Assembly (NCBI GenBank): GCA_030390025.1
Contig: CM059432.1
Coordinates: 147,190,001 to 147,254,000 of the forward strand
Length of the DNA stretch: 64,000 nucleotides
DNA from: Squalus acanthias
Lineage: Eukaryota
Reading direction: 5' to 3'
This document shows positions 39,628-51,021 of this stretch, piece after piece. The stretch's first letter is position 1, and every line of letters begins with the position of its first letter. The notes under the pieces are model-generated. The model was not told where the DNA came from, made no database searches, and saw nothing but the letters and a program-made list of their open reading frames with translations. The position numbers and the translations under genes were made by a program.

Positions 39628-40395
39628 ATTCACGAGGTTGATTCCGGAGATGAAGGGGTTGTCTTATGAAGAAAGGTTGAGCAGGTTGGGCCTATACTCA
39701 TTGGAGTTTAGAAGAATGAGAGGGGATCTTATTGAAACATATAAGATTCTGAAGGGGCTTGACAGGGTAGAAATCTAGAGAGGATGTTTCCCCTCGTGGG
39801 GGAATCTAGAACTAGGGGGCATAATTTCAGAATAAGGGGTCGCCCATTTAAAACGGAAATGAGGAGGAATTTCTTCTCTCAGAGGGTCGTGAATCTTTGG
39901 AATTCTCTTCCCCAGAGAGCTGTGGAGGCTGGGTCACACAGAATCACAGAATCCCCACAGTGCAGATAGAGGACATTTCGGCCCATCGAGCCTGCACCGA
40001 CACATATCCCACCCTATCCCCGTAACCCCACGTATTTAATCCCCCTAACACTAAGGGTCAATTTATCATAGCCAAATCAACCTAACCCGCACATCTTTGG
40101 ACTGTGGGAGGAAACCGGAGCACCCGGAGGAAACCCACGCAGACACGGGGAGAATGTGCAAACTCCACACAGACAGTCACCCGAGGCCGGATTCGAACCC
40201 GGGTCCCTGGCGCTGTCATTGAATATATTTAAGGTGGAGATAGACAGATTTTTGAACGGTAAGGGAGTCAAGGGTTATGGGGAGCAGGCAGGGAAGTGGA
40301 GTTGAGGCCAAGATCAGATCAGCCATGATCTTATTGAATGGCGGAGCGGGCTCGAGGGGCCAACTGACCGACTTCTGCTCCTACGTCTTATGTTT
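39628..40395 (+). mobile_element. CR1 LINE 3' fragment interrupted by a SINE
   Basis: FTRLIPEMKGLSYEERL..RGDLIETYKI..WNSLPQRAVEA; resumes at 40215. Confidence 0.93.
39937..40214 (-). mobile_element. HE1-type V-SINE, 5'-truncated
   Basis: B box GGTTCGAATCC; V-domain TGTGTGGAGTTTGCACATTCTCCCCGTGTCTGCGTGGGTTTCCTCCGGGTGCTCCGGTTTCCTCCCAC; CR1-like (GATTCTGT)n tail; GTCA duplicated at the junctions. Confidence 0.9.
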
Positions 40396-40734
40396 TTATA
40401 CTGGGTACAAATTTTATATTCTCCGCCACTGATAGCCCTTGTTTTGAGGAGCACAACGTTCACTAACATTTAAAAATAATACTTGTGATGTTTTAGGGCC
40501 AATCTTGACCCGGGGCAATGTGGGAGCAGCAGTGCTCCGCGCTGGGTGGGGAGGGGCTTGCTAGCATATGATGTTCCAATAGGCTGACCTTGGGAAGAGC
40601 AGATTTTGCGTGCTGCTGGAGGAACTCCATTGGGCAGTGAAGAACATGAGAGGAAGTCCTGGTGCTGCCTGGGCCTCAAAGGTAGCGGCAGTATTAAAGG
40701 GGCAGGTCAAATGGAAGCCCCATGGGCTACCCAT

Positions 40735-41100
40735 AGTTACGGTAGCATAGTGGTTATGTTACTGGACTAGTAATCCAGAGAGGCCTGGCTTAATGATCTG
40801 TGACACATGAGTTCAAATCCCACCACAGGCAGCTAGGGAATTTAAATTCAATTCATTAAATAAATCTGGAATTAAAAAAGCTAGTGTTAGTAATGGTGAC
40901 CATGATTGTCGTAAAAACCCATCTGGTTCACTAATGTCCTTTAGGGAAGGAAATCTGCCAGTCTGGCCCAGGACTACAATGTGGTTGACTCTTAATCTGC
41001 TCTCTGCGGTTCAAGAAGGCGGCTCACCACCACCTTCTCAAGGGCAGTTTGGGATGGGCAATAAATGTTGGCCTTGCCAGCGACACCCACATCCCATGAA
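40735..41100 (+). mobile_element. tRNA-derived SINE (MetaSINE-like core, tentative)
   Basis: A box TAGCATAGTGG, B box GAGTTCAAATCC, core AAAAACCCATCTGGTTCACTAATGTCCTTTAGGGAAGGAAATCTGCC; the same 3' tail occurs inverted at ~46735-46797. Confidence 0.75.
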
Positions 41101-41309
41101 ATTTTGAAGGTAATGCGGCAGAGTTTTCAATTTAATTTAGGCCTGCCAGAAGCTATGATTTGTAAGTCAATGGTTTTCATGTTAACTTAAAGGGTCTGTC
41201 CTCTTTCTGTGAGTTTGTGCTGCTGTGCCACGGCTGGGGTTGCAGCAGTCTTGGCGCCACTGCAGTCTGTCATGGAGCGAGTTGGCAATAGGGCGGCACC
41301 AAACAGTAG

Positions 41310-44300
41310 GGCCGCAATTTCGCCTACCGAGGCGGGCTAAGTGCGGCCGAGGTAGGTGCCGGACGGCGACCCCGCTCCTGGCTCCATCTCGCTCTGTGAA
41401 AAGAATTTTCTGTTGATTGGGCTTGTTAAGCCCGCCCTGCGAAGTTCCCGGCCAATTAAAAGGAAGCGGGTCTGATGACCGCATTTGATGACGCGTCATC
41501 AGCCGGTTTCCTTAAAGGGGCCACGTCCACATTGATTTTGACAGCTGTGCTGTCAGTGTTCCACAGCATTGAGGTGCTGCAATCACTGACAGTCACTGCA
41601 CAGAGGTGCAGGGCTGCACCCAGGCTCTCCCATGACTCCCTCCATATGCTTATAGAGAGAGTCACAGCATGCAGGGAGGTCCTCTTCCCTTCCAATGGGT
41701 GGAAGAGACCTCCCCAGGACACCAACACAGCCTGGTTGCACATTGCACAGGAGGGCACAAGCAGGGATGCCGTCAGGAGGACCAGGGTGCAGTGGCGCAA
41801 ACCTTTCAATGATCTCAGTAGATCACAAAACGTTACTGCCAAGCCACACTCAACCTCATCCTGCTGTGCCACTCATCACATCCCCATCACTCTGCCTTCC
41901 CTACCCTACTCCTGCACATCCTTACTCACACCAACTTACCTTTCACCTCCACCCATCCCTCTCTCTCTACATCATCACATCCCCATCTCACTAGTCACCC
42001 CTCAGACTCGCCCTCATCCTAGTGCAATCATACCAACTAACAACACACAAGGGTAGCCACTTGGGTGGTTTAGCCAATGTTCATGTGAAGTTTCTGGTAA
42101 TGTGCTGTCAAACATTGAAACCTTTATTTTCAACACTTTGTGTTCTTGGACAGATTTGTGTGCACCTTTGGAAGTGGCTTAGTGAGTTGCAGTGAATGGT
42201 GAGACATAACGTTACCCCTCGCAATGGTGATGAGTGTGAAATGAATGGCTTGGGCATTGTAGGGATGCTTTATGGTGTTGGTGTGGGGTGGTGCCAACCT
42301 TGTGCATCATGTGGCAGCCAGGGTATACATAGATACATAGATACATAGAAGATAGGAGCAGGAGTAGGCCATCCGGCCCTTCGAGCCTGCTCCGCCATTT
42401 AATGAGATCATGGCTGATCCTCCAATTCAGTATCCCGTCCCCGCCTTCTCTCCGTAACCCTTAACCCCTTTTGCCTGTAGAAATATATCTAATTCCCTCT
42501 TAAATATATTTAATGAGCTGGCGTACACTGCCCTCTGTGGCAATGAGTTCCACAGGTTCACCACCCTCTGAGTGAAGAAATTCCCCCTCATTTCTGTCCT
42601 AAATGGTTTAGCCCTTATCCTTAAATTATGTCCTCTAGTTCTGTTCTCACCCGCCAAGGGAAACATTCCTTCTGCATCTAGTCTGTCTAGACCTGTCAGA
42701 ATTTTATACACTTCTATGAGGTCCCCTCTCAATCTTCTAAACTCCAGTGTGTACATCCCTAAACTACATAGTCTCTCCTCATAGGTCAATCCCGCCATTC
42801 CTGGTATCAGCCTGGTGAATCGCCGCTGCACCCCCTCCATGGCAAGAACATCTTTCCTCAGATGAGGCGACCAAAACTGTACACAGTACTCGAGGTGTGG
42901 TCTCACCAGTGCCCTGTACAGCTGCAGCAAGGTATCCCTGTTCCTGTATTCCAACCCTTTTGCTATGAAGGCCAGCATACCGTTTGCCTTCTTGACCGCC
43001 TGTTGCACCTGCATGCTCGCCTTCAGTGACTGGTGTACAAGAACACCCAGGTCTCTCTGTACTTCCCCCTCTCCCAATTTATTGCCATTTAAATAATAAT
43101 TTGCCCTCCCGTTCCTGCACCCAAGGTGGATAACTTCGCACTTGTCCACATTATAGTGCATCTGCCATTTATCCGCCCAATCACCCAGTCTGTCCAAATC
43201 GCTCTGGAGCTTCCTGGTCTCCTCCTCTGAGCCCACCCCCCCTCCTAGTTTAGTGTCGTCTGCAAATTTGGAAATGCTGCATCCGACTCCCTGATCCAGG
43301 TCATTAATGTAAATTGTGAACAGCTGGGGACCCAGGACAGATCCCTGTGGTACCCCACTTGTTACTGCCTGCCATTCAGAAAATGAGCCGTTTATTCCAA
43401 CTCTCTGTTTTCTATCTGACAGCCAGTTCTCTATCCACGTCAATACTTTCCCCTTTATCCCATGAGCTTCAATTTTCCCTGCTAATCTTTTATGTGGGAC
43501 CTTATCGAAGGCCTTTTGGAAGTCCAGGTACACCACATCTACTGGCTCTCCCCCATCTATTTTACCAGTTACTCCCTCAAAAAATTCCAATAGATTAGTC
43601 AAGCACGATTTACCCTTTGTAAATCCATGTTGACTCTGTCCTATCCTGTATACAGCATCAAGTGATGTAAATCTGGCCATGTTGAGGTCATCGCTGGCGT
43701 CCCGGGCAGCAATGTGGTTGGGTGCTGATGCTCTCTGTCCGGTGCAGCATCAGCTGATTGCGGAGAAGGTTGGTATTGTTGTTGGTGCTGCTGGTGTGCC
43801 TGGTGATGTTGGTGTTGGGGCTGATCGTGGTGGGATTCAGAGGACCAAGGTGAGATTTTTTCAAGGGCACTGATGTTGCTGGAATAGATGACAGGTGAGG
43901 TTGAGATGACAGAAGCGATCTGTCAGTGGTGAGAGAGCTTGCTCCAAGGAGGTGACAGTGGATAGAGAGTTTACTCCAAACACTTCCAAACTGCATAAAG
44001 CTCAAAAGTGGGTTCCAAATCATTAATGCTCCAGCTTCTAAGATTGGGAAGTGAACAGCTGTGAAATGGTAGGTTTTATACCACTTTTGCAGCTTTCACC
44101 TATTCACAGCAATGGAGAGTCATTGAGAACACGAGACACATACCTGACGTGATAGCCGCTCTCCAGGAACCTCGTTAAAAACCTGGTAAAATGGTAAGTA
44201 CATGGGAAAATGGTGCTTAACTACCTTTTAACAAGCTTTTAACTATCTAAATTGGCTGACCCGCTGCTTGGTGTCGGGTCTGTTCAGGGATGACCGACCC

Positions 44301-44424
44301 GTCACTTGGGAAACTGACAAGGAGGCGGGTTTACAGTGGGATATCGACCCACTGTCAATCTTTGTGATTTTGACAGCGGAGCCGCCTCCAAACCCGCACT
44401 CTGGGCACCGGCAAAGTTCCGGCC
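41310..44424 (+). mobile_element. Decayed Harbinger derivative (copy B) with Myb/SANT exon-1 remnant (~41590-41830), split by CR1
   Basis: APRLSHDSLHMLIERVTACREVLFPSNG..AWLHIAQE..RRTRVQWRKPFNDL; ends GGCCGCAATTT / AAGTTCCGGCC. Confidence 0.7.
42330..43647 (-). mobile_element. Young 5'-truncated CR1 with uninterrupted ORF2 C-terminal ~400 codons (RT domain)
   Basis: ORF 42427-43650: QHGFTKGKSCLTNLL, YLDFQKAFDKVPH, GVPQGSVLGP, KFADDTKL; (ATAGATAC)n tail; GTATACA at both junctions. Confidence 0.97.
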
Positions 44425-44804
44425 GAGGTGTGGAAACCGAAGAATATGGTGCGGGAATAATGGGTGATGGTTTGACTTTGAAGCTTCACTCTTTATTCAG
44501 GTGGCGTGGAGCAGGTGTACAGTCAAGGGGAATGGGGATTCCGACTTTGTGTTCGAAAGACGGTTGTTAGCGGTTCAGCCACAGACAAGGAGGGCTTTTT
44601 GCTTCTTATCTACCTCCAAGTAAGCCATCTCACAAAAGCTGGGGAAGGGGAAGGGTGGCACAATACTGAGCATGGCCAGTATCACTAAGTGTAAAAGATT
44701 AACAGCATTCTGAAACAAGTACTGAAACAGCAAAAGCATCTTATAGTCAGAAAGTCACAGATTGACACTTTTTTTGACAACCAGGCCATCCCTTAAGGAT
44801 GAAA

Positions 44805-45479
44805 GGGGGAGAAATTGGCTTCCTTTGCGCCTCCCGTTAGTGCCTCCGGGGGGCGATAATGGGGCGCAAATGGGTTTGCGACCGGGCGCGGCGAATTGAG
44901 CGACGCCCGCGAAATACCTTGACGCTTTTGCGCTGGCGCTAAGACTTAGCGCCTCGCTCCTTAGCGCCCCGATGATCCTGACGCTATCCGGTGTGCAGCG
45001 CCCCGTTATCGCCCTGGGTCTGAAATTCGCTCCCGCCCCCTGCAGCATCGCAGGGCATCAACAACGGCAGCTGCAGGAGGCGTTGTCACCTCAGCCGGCC
45101 GCTTGGGGAGCGGTAATTAAAGGCCGTGGTGGTCAGGTAGGCCAAGGTTTTATTATCACCCCGGTGTGCTGTTTCTTGATTTTTTTTCCAGCCCGCGATT
45201 GATCAGCCCTGCACTCTCTTAGAGTGCTTGGGGCTGCTCTTCGCAGGTCGTAGGTGCCATCGCCGACCAGTCCCAGCCTTACCTTGAAATGACCTCAGCA
45301 TTGGCCCCTCCCTTTAAGGGAGGGAAGGAGCCTGCGAATCCAGCAGCGCTGCACGGAACATTGTGCAGCCCTCTGCCGCTACCGCCGCTCTCACTCCGGC
45401 TAGCACGCTAAGGGAAGTGGTAGCGCTTGATTTAGCGCTCCACTTCCTTCCTGGTGCGCTAAACTGGAATTTCGCATCC
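44805..45479. mobile_element. Harbinger-family MITE (different internal sequence)
   Basis: Starts GGGGGAGAAATTGG..GCGCCTCCCGTTAG like the autonomous left end; TTAGCGC motifs; right TIR degenerate. Confidence 0.7.
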
Positions 45480-45514
45480 GATTCAATTGTGTAGCACTCA
45501 GCAATAGAGTCATA

Positions 45515-46337
45515 GGGGGAGAAATTCAGTATCGCCCCGTTTGGGGCGCAATTATCGGCCGGGCGCAAAGATTAGCGCCTGGCGCTAATTATCGCCTCCG
45601 ACTGCAAACTTGACTTTTATCGCCCCTGGAGGTGATTGGAGCGCTAAATCAGGCGCTTCACACCTGTCTTAAGGCGCAAAGGCCGAGGAGCGAGGCGCTA
45701 CCTCAGAGCGCTGGCGAAGCTCATGTGATGTCAGTCAGCAATGGAACACAGACACAATGGCGCCGGCCAGTTCTTAAAGGGGATGGTTAATCTTGCTTTC
45801 CATCCACATCCTGCTCATTGCAGCCTTGAATCTTGGCCTACCACAGTCTCTTCTAAATCGATACAAGGAAGGGCAAATCAAAATGAACCTGCAAAGTGCT
45901 GCTCAGTACCCAAAATTCCTTCACACAGCGTTGAATCTCTCCAGAAGTCGCTCTCTCTCTCTCTCTCAGAATGCGTAGTTCAAAAATGTCACCAACAAAA
46001 AAAGGCAGGAAGCGGTCGCCTTTAAATAGCGCTTCCCCAGTCCCTTCCTGACTGCAAAACGCTCCCCCCAACCTGTCGTTGCTAGCGGCAGGCGGTAAGG
46101 CAGGGGGCGCCACTCAATATCCGCTCCGGGGCGCTACCGGGGCGTTGCGCACTCGACTGACGTCACGATCTGCCGGCGCAGGAGATCGTGGCGGTAGTGT
46201 TTAGCGCCACCGCAAAATGTCTAGTTAATTTCGCGAGCGGCGCAAACATCGCCGCGCCCAGGCGCTAGTTGCTTTGCGCCCCATTAGCGCCCTCTTAAGG
46301 CGCTAATGGGAGGCGCAACCGACTGAATTTTTCCCCC
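45515..46337. mobile_element. Non-autonomous Harbinger MITE, second copy of 24743-25635
   Basis: TIRs GGGGGAGAAATTCAG / CTGAATTTTTCCCCC; TSD ATA; high identity to copy 1 with an internal ~70-bp deletion. Confidence 0.95.
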
Positions 46338-46586
46338 ATAGAGTCATAACGGCACAGATGGAGGCCATTCGGCCCATCGAGTCCGTGCCGTCTCTCTGTA
46401 GAGCAATCCAGTCAGTCCCATTCCCCTGCTCTATCCCCGTAGCCCTGCAAGTTTATTTCCCTCAAGTGCCTATCCAGTCTCCCCGTGAATACATTGATTG
46501 TCTCCGCTTCCACCACTTCCGTCAGCAGCGAGTTCCAGGTCATCACCACTCGCTGCGTAAAATAGTACTTCCTCACATCCCCCCTG
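46338..46586 (-). mobile_element. CR1 3' end fragment
   Basis: (CATAGAGT)n tail and 3' UTR; similar to 51027-51290. Confidence 0.85.
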
Positions 46587-47459
46587 CTAAATTGATGGTA
46601 AGGACTGGTCCCTCATGATGGCAAAGTTGTGTAGCATACAGCAGATCTGGATGCCTGCTCAGGGCTGCACTGCAGACCTTCTCCTGAATGGTCCAAGCAG
46701 CGGAAGCCTTGCCTGAATTGTCTGCTTGATGACATTTTTTTAATTCATTCATGGAATGTGGGTGTCGCTGGCAAGGCCAGCATTTATTGCCCATCTCTGT
46801 GCCAGGAACAAAACAGCCCAAAAATTGGTTCCACACCAAAACCTTTTGTAAGGAGATCAGGAAGGCTCCACAAACCTGTTATTAAACTGGATTCGTAGTT
46901 CATTTGTAGCATTTGTAGTTGATTTGAAAGAAAAAAAGGCAGGAGTTTTTGTTATGTGGAACCAATTTTGGGGCTGTTTTGTTTTGGCTCCGAACTCAAA
47001 GATGATCCTGTTTCTATCTCAGACTTGTTTGAACCTGGTACTTCAGTTTCTGAAGTCTGAACTGAGTCAAACTCATGTATGTGTTCATGATCAAGTGGTT
47101 CAAGATCACGGGGTAGAAATTCATAAAACCCAGGAATAGGCGCTAACTTCTGAAAAGTTTGAGATTTAGCGCCAGGCGCTAATGAATCTCACTGCACGCT
47201 AAATTAAGTGTTAGCGCTCAAAGAAAGGACTGGAGCGCTAAATCAAGCGCTAATGACCTAGCTCCGTGGCGTTAGATAGCGGCAATTTCAGGTGCAGTCT
47301 AATCGCTCGTCATCATTGCCACAGGCTCTTTCCAGTTCTTAAAGGGGAGGTTCATTGATGCTGCAGAACCTCAGTCTCAGCATTGCTGGTTCTGCAGCTG
47401 TCTCAGCCAGCAGGAGCAGGCCAAGGAGAAGGAACCGGACCACTGAAGGAGGTGTCATT

Positions 47460-49104
47460 ATGGCAGATCAACAGCCCAGGGAGTGAGCTCGCAGATTCGG
47501 CGACCAGGCATTGGAGGCATTGGTCTTCGCTGTGGAGAGACTAAGGGCGGTGCAGTACCCGGAAAGTGGCAGGAGGCCCTCGCCGCAAGTCTTCCGCGCC
47601 ATGAGGAGGGAGGGAGCCCAACAGGTCTCGGACAGCACTGTTGTCCCCAGGACCCACACACAGTGCAGGAAGAAATTTAACGACCTCACTCGGGTGGTCA
47701 GCGTGAGTCAATGCTTCAACAAATGCAACGTACCACTATCTGAACCTCAGTCTGCACACACTGCCCAAAGCACCACACCCCCAGCACTCACCCACCAACA
47801 ATCTCCACCTACCAACACTCACACCCACATCTCACACCTTGCACACAATGACAGCTATTCAACTATGACAGGCACATCTCCCAAACACATTGCTCCACAC
47901 TCACTCACACACTTTCCTCTCTCTTGCAGGCCAAGGTGGCTCACAACAGGAGGGAGCAGGAGTGCACAGGCAGGGAACAACCCGACACCCAACCACTGTC
48001 TGAGCTGGAGGAAAGAGTGCTGCAAATCATTGGGCACCAGGTGGTGGGCACCGTGGCCACCGGCGACGTTGGCCCCCTTGGGGACAACAACAGTACATTC
48101 ATCCCTACTCCTTCTTCTCACATCCCACTTCCCCCTCACCCCACAAGCCTTTCCCACTTTCCAGCTAATCATGCTGTATGCAGCCTTTCTCCCTTCCTGC
48201 CCCCCTCCTCTCACCTTAACCCGTCTCTTGTGCCTTTATACTTTCAGATAACAAGCAAGCAGCTGAGCAGCCTGTCCCTGAGGGTACCGTAGAGAGCGAG
48301 GCGGGAGAACAGGAGAACGAAGAACACACCGCATCACTGCATGTCTCACCCGCAGGCACCAGCTCAGATACCGGCACTGCGCGTTCTTTAGAGGCTAGTA
48401 TAGTAGCGGGATCTGCACAGGGTGATGCACCGGGGACGAGTGAGCTGCAGCAAGGCTGGGGGAAAGGGTAGTTCGGGGGCCAGCTCCCCGGAGGGCGAGT
48501 TCTGCTGCACAGGACTCAGATGAGGACCTCAATAGGGAGGCCTTTAGAAGAAGGGTGATGGGCATGCACAGGGAGATGATAGGTGCAATGGCAAGGGTAC
48601 CCAAGAGCCTCTTGGCAATGGTAAGTAGCGTGGAGGAGTCCACCTCCAACATTGCACAGAGCTCTGCGCACACCATGGAGCCCATCATTTGCAGTCTGCA
48701 AAGGATGGTGGACTCCCAGAGAGACCGTGGTGACCCAGACCGTGTGTGATGGGCGATGTCGCAGCTTCCATTGCAGCACAGGCGGAAGCCACGCACCATC
48801 TTAGTGCTGTAATGTAGTCTATGCTTGGTGCCATCGAGTCTCAGACTGCTCTCATGCAGTCTCAGCTTGTTGCCACACAATCTCTGACTGCTGCCATCGT
48901 GGCTGGGTCGACCACCGTCCACCAGGGCTTTCACGGTGTCGCAGCAGGCAAGCAATATGTGCTCCAGCAGATTGGTAGTGATGCTGAGGTGTTGCCCTGG
49001 GGGAGTGGCAGTGGGTCAGTGGAGCAGGAAGCTGCTGTCCTCTCTCAAGATAACAGCATTCCTGCTTCCACCACTGCCACTCCGCCATTGCCCTTGTCGC
49101 TGCT
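47460..49104 (+). pseudogene. Myb/SANT partner pseudogene; exons 47460-47702, 47930-48092, 48248-~49104
   Basis: MADQQPRE*ARRFGDQALEALVFAVE..PRTHTQCRKKFNDLTRVVS|gtgagt; ttgcag|AKVAHNRR; exon 2 is 163 bp as in the intact copy; truncated by CR1. Confidence 0.88.
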
Positions 49105-49107
49105 TGG

Positions 49108-49720
49108 AGGAGCAAGGATGTCTTGCTGCAGTTGTACAGGGCCTTGGTGAGACCACACCTTGAGTATTGTGTGCAGTTTTGGTCGCCTTATCTGAGGAAG
49201 GATATTCTTGCCATGGAGGGAGTACAGCGAAGATTTACCAGACTGATACCTGGGATGGCAGGAATGACGTATGAGAGATTGGGTCGATTAGGCTTATATT
49301 CGCTAGAGTTTAGAATAATGAGAGGGGATCTCATTGAAACTTATAAAATTCTAACAGGACTAGACAGACTAGATGCAGGAAGGATGTTCCCGATGGCAGG
49401 GGAGTCCAGAACCAGGGGTCACAGTCTAAGGATAAGGGGTAAGCCATTTAGGACTGAGATGAGGAGGAATTTCTTCACCCAGAGAGTGGTGAACCTGTGG
49501 AATTCTCTACCACAGAAGGCAGTTGAGGCCAATTCATTAAATATATTCAAGAAGGAGTTAGATATCTTTCTTAAGGCTAAAGGGATCAAGGGATATGGGG
49601 AGAAAGCAGGGACAGGGTACTGAATTTGGATAATCAGCCATGATCGTATTGAATGGCGGAGCAGGCTCGACGGGCCGAATGGCCTACTCCTGCTCCTAGA
49701 TTCTATGTTTCTATGTTTCT
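49108..49720 (+). mobile_element. CR1 3' fragment
   Basis: ORF 49123-49623 LLQLYRALVRPHLEYCVQFWSP..GYGEKAGTGY; (TTCTATGT)n tail. Confidence 0.95.
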
Positions 49721-50252
49721 ATATAGCGCCTTTAACATAGTAAAACGTCCCAAGGCGCTTCACAGGAGTATTTTAAGACAAAAAATTTGACACCAATCCA
49801 CATAAGAATAAATTAGGGCAGGTGACCAAAAGCTTGGTCAAAGAGGTAGGTTTGAAGGAGCGTCTTAAAGGAGGAAAGAGAGGTAGCGAGGCGGAGAGGT
49901 TTAGGCAGGGAATTCCAGAGCTTAGGGCCTAGGCAACAGAAGGCACGGCCACCAATGGTGGAGCGATTATAATCAGGGATCCTCAAGAGGGCAGAATTAG
50001 AGGAGCGCAGATATCTCGGGGGGGTTGTGGGGCCGAAGGAGATTAGAGATAGGAAGAGGCGAGGCCATGGAGGGATTTGAAAACAAGGATGAGAATTTTG
50101 AAATCGAGGCGCTGCTTAACCGGGAGCCAATGTAGGTCAGCAAGCACAGGGGTGATGGGCGAACGGGACTTGGTGCGAGTTAGGATACAGGCAGCCGAGT
50201 TTACGTAAGGTGGGAGGCCAGCCAGGAGTACGTTGGAATAGTCAAGTCTAGA
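49721..50252 (-). mobile_element. L2-clade LINE 3' fragment
   Basis: SRLDYSNVLLAGLP..PITPVLADLHWLPVKQRLDFKIL; homologous to 61705-62392. Confidence 0.88.
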
Positions 50253-50603
50253 GGATGCAAGGAAGCAGTGAAACAGCACTAACCTGACAGCTGCGACTGA
50301 TCCCTTTAAATATCGCCCCTGGAGCCGCCATCTGCCTGCTTCACGCCTCCTTTTCCTGTCATTGTTGGGGCGAGGCGCTAAGGCAGGGGGCGATAATCAA
50401 TTTGGCAGATCGGGCGCTGGCAGACGTCATGATCTGCCTGGCGCTAAAGCCCCAGGCTCTAACTGTTAACGGCGGTGCTAAGGGGCGACTGGATTTGGCG
50501 TGCGACGTTGGATTCGCCTCGCCCCGGCGCTACTTCATTAGCGCCCCGTTAGCACCCCCGCCAGGCGCTAATGGGAGGCGCTAACCAACTGAATTTCTCC
50601 CCC

Positions 50604-51020
50604 CATGTCTTGGTTGATCTCCAGCAGAGATCATTTGATCTACATGAATACTTTGGATGTGGTCACCAATTTCAACCAAATATCTCTTGGTTTCACCAAC
50701 CTCTACTGTGGATCCTACACCCCACATGTGCGAACTCGACTTTCCAGGGGGACTGAAAACACAAATACACTCGTTTTGCCTGAAACTGCGTTCTTTCTGA
50801 TTGGTGTCATAATAACGTTTCTGACTCAACTGTTTCTGTTCAACTCTTGAGGCCAAATTTGGTTGAACAAGACGCAATCGTGTTCTCAATCTCCTCTTCA
50901 TCAAGAGTTCTGCTGGGGTATGTCCAGTTGTAGTGTGTGGAATAGTTCTGTACTTCAGCAAGAAATTTGCCAAACATTGCTTCATGCTGAGTCCCGAACA
51001 ACCCTGCAACACTTGCTTTT
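50604..51020 (-). pseudogene. Gypsy integrase C-terminal fragment (continues in frame at 47106-46984)
   Basis: FLLKYRTIPHTTTGHTPAELLMKRRLRTRL..W.G.VVE..YLV..IHVDQM. Confidence 0.88.
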
Positions 51021-51021
51021 T

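Larger units (their letters stand above)
47110..50603 (+). mobile_element. Harbinger derivative (copy C) retaining the Myb/SANT gene but no transposase
   Basis: TIRs GGGGTAGAAATTCA / TGAATTTCTCCCCC; TSD CAC/CAT; the Gypsy frame rejoins across it. Confidence 0.88.
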
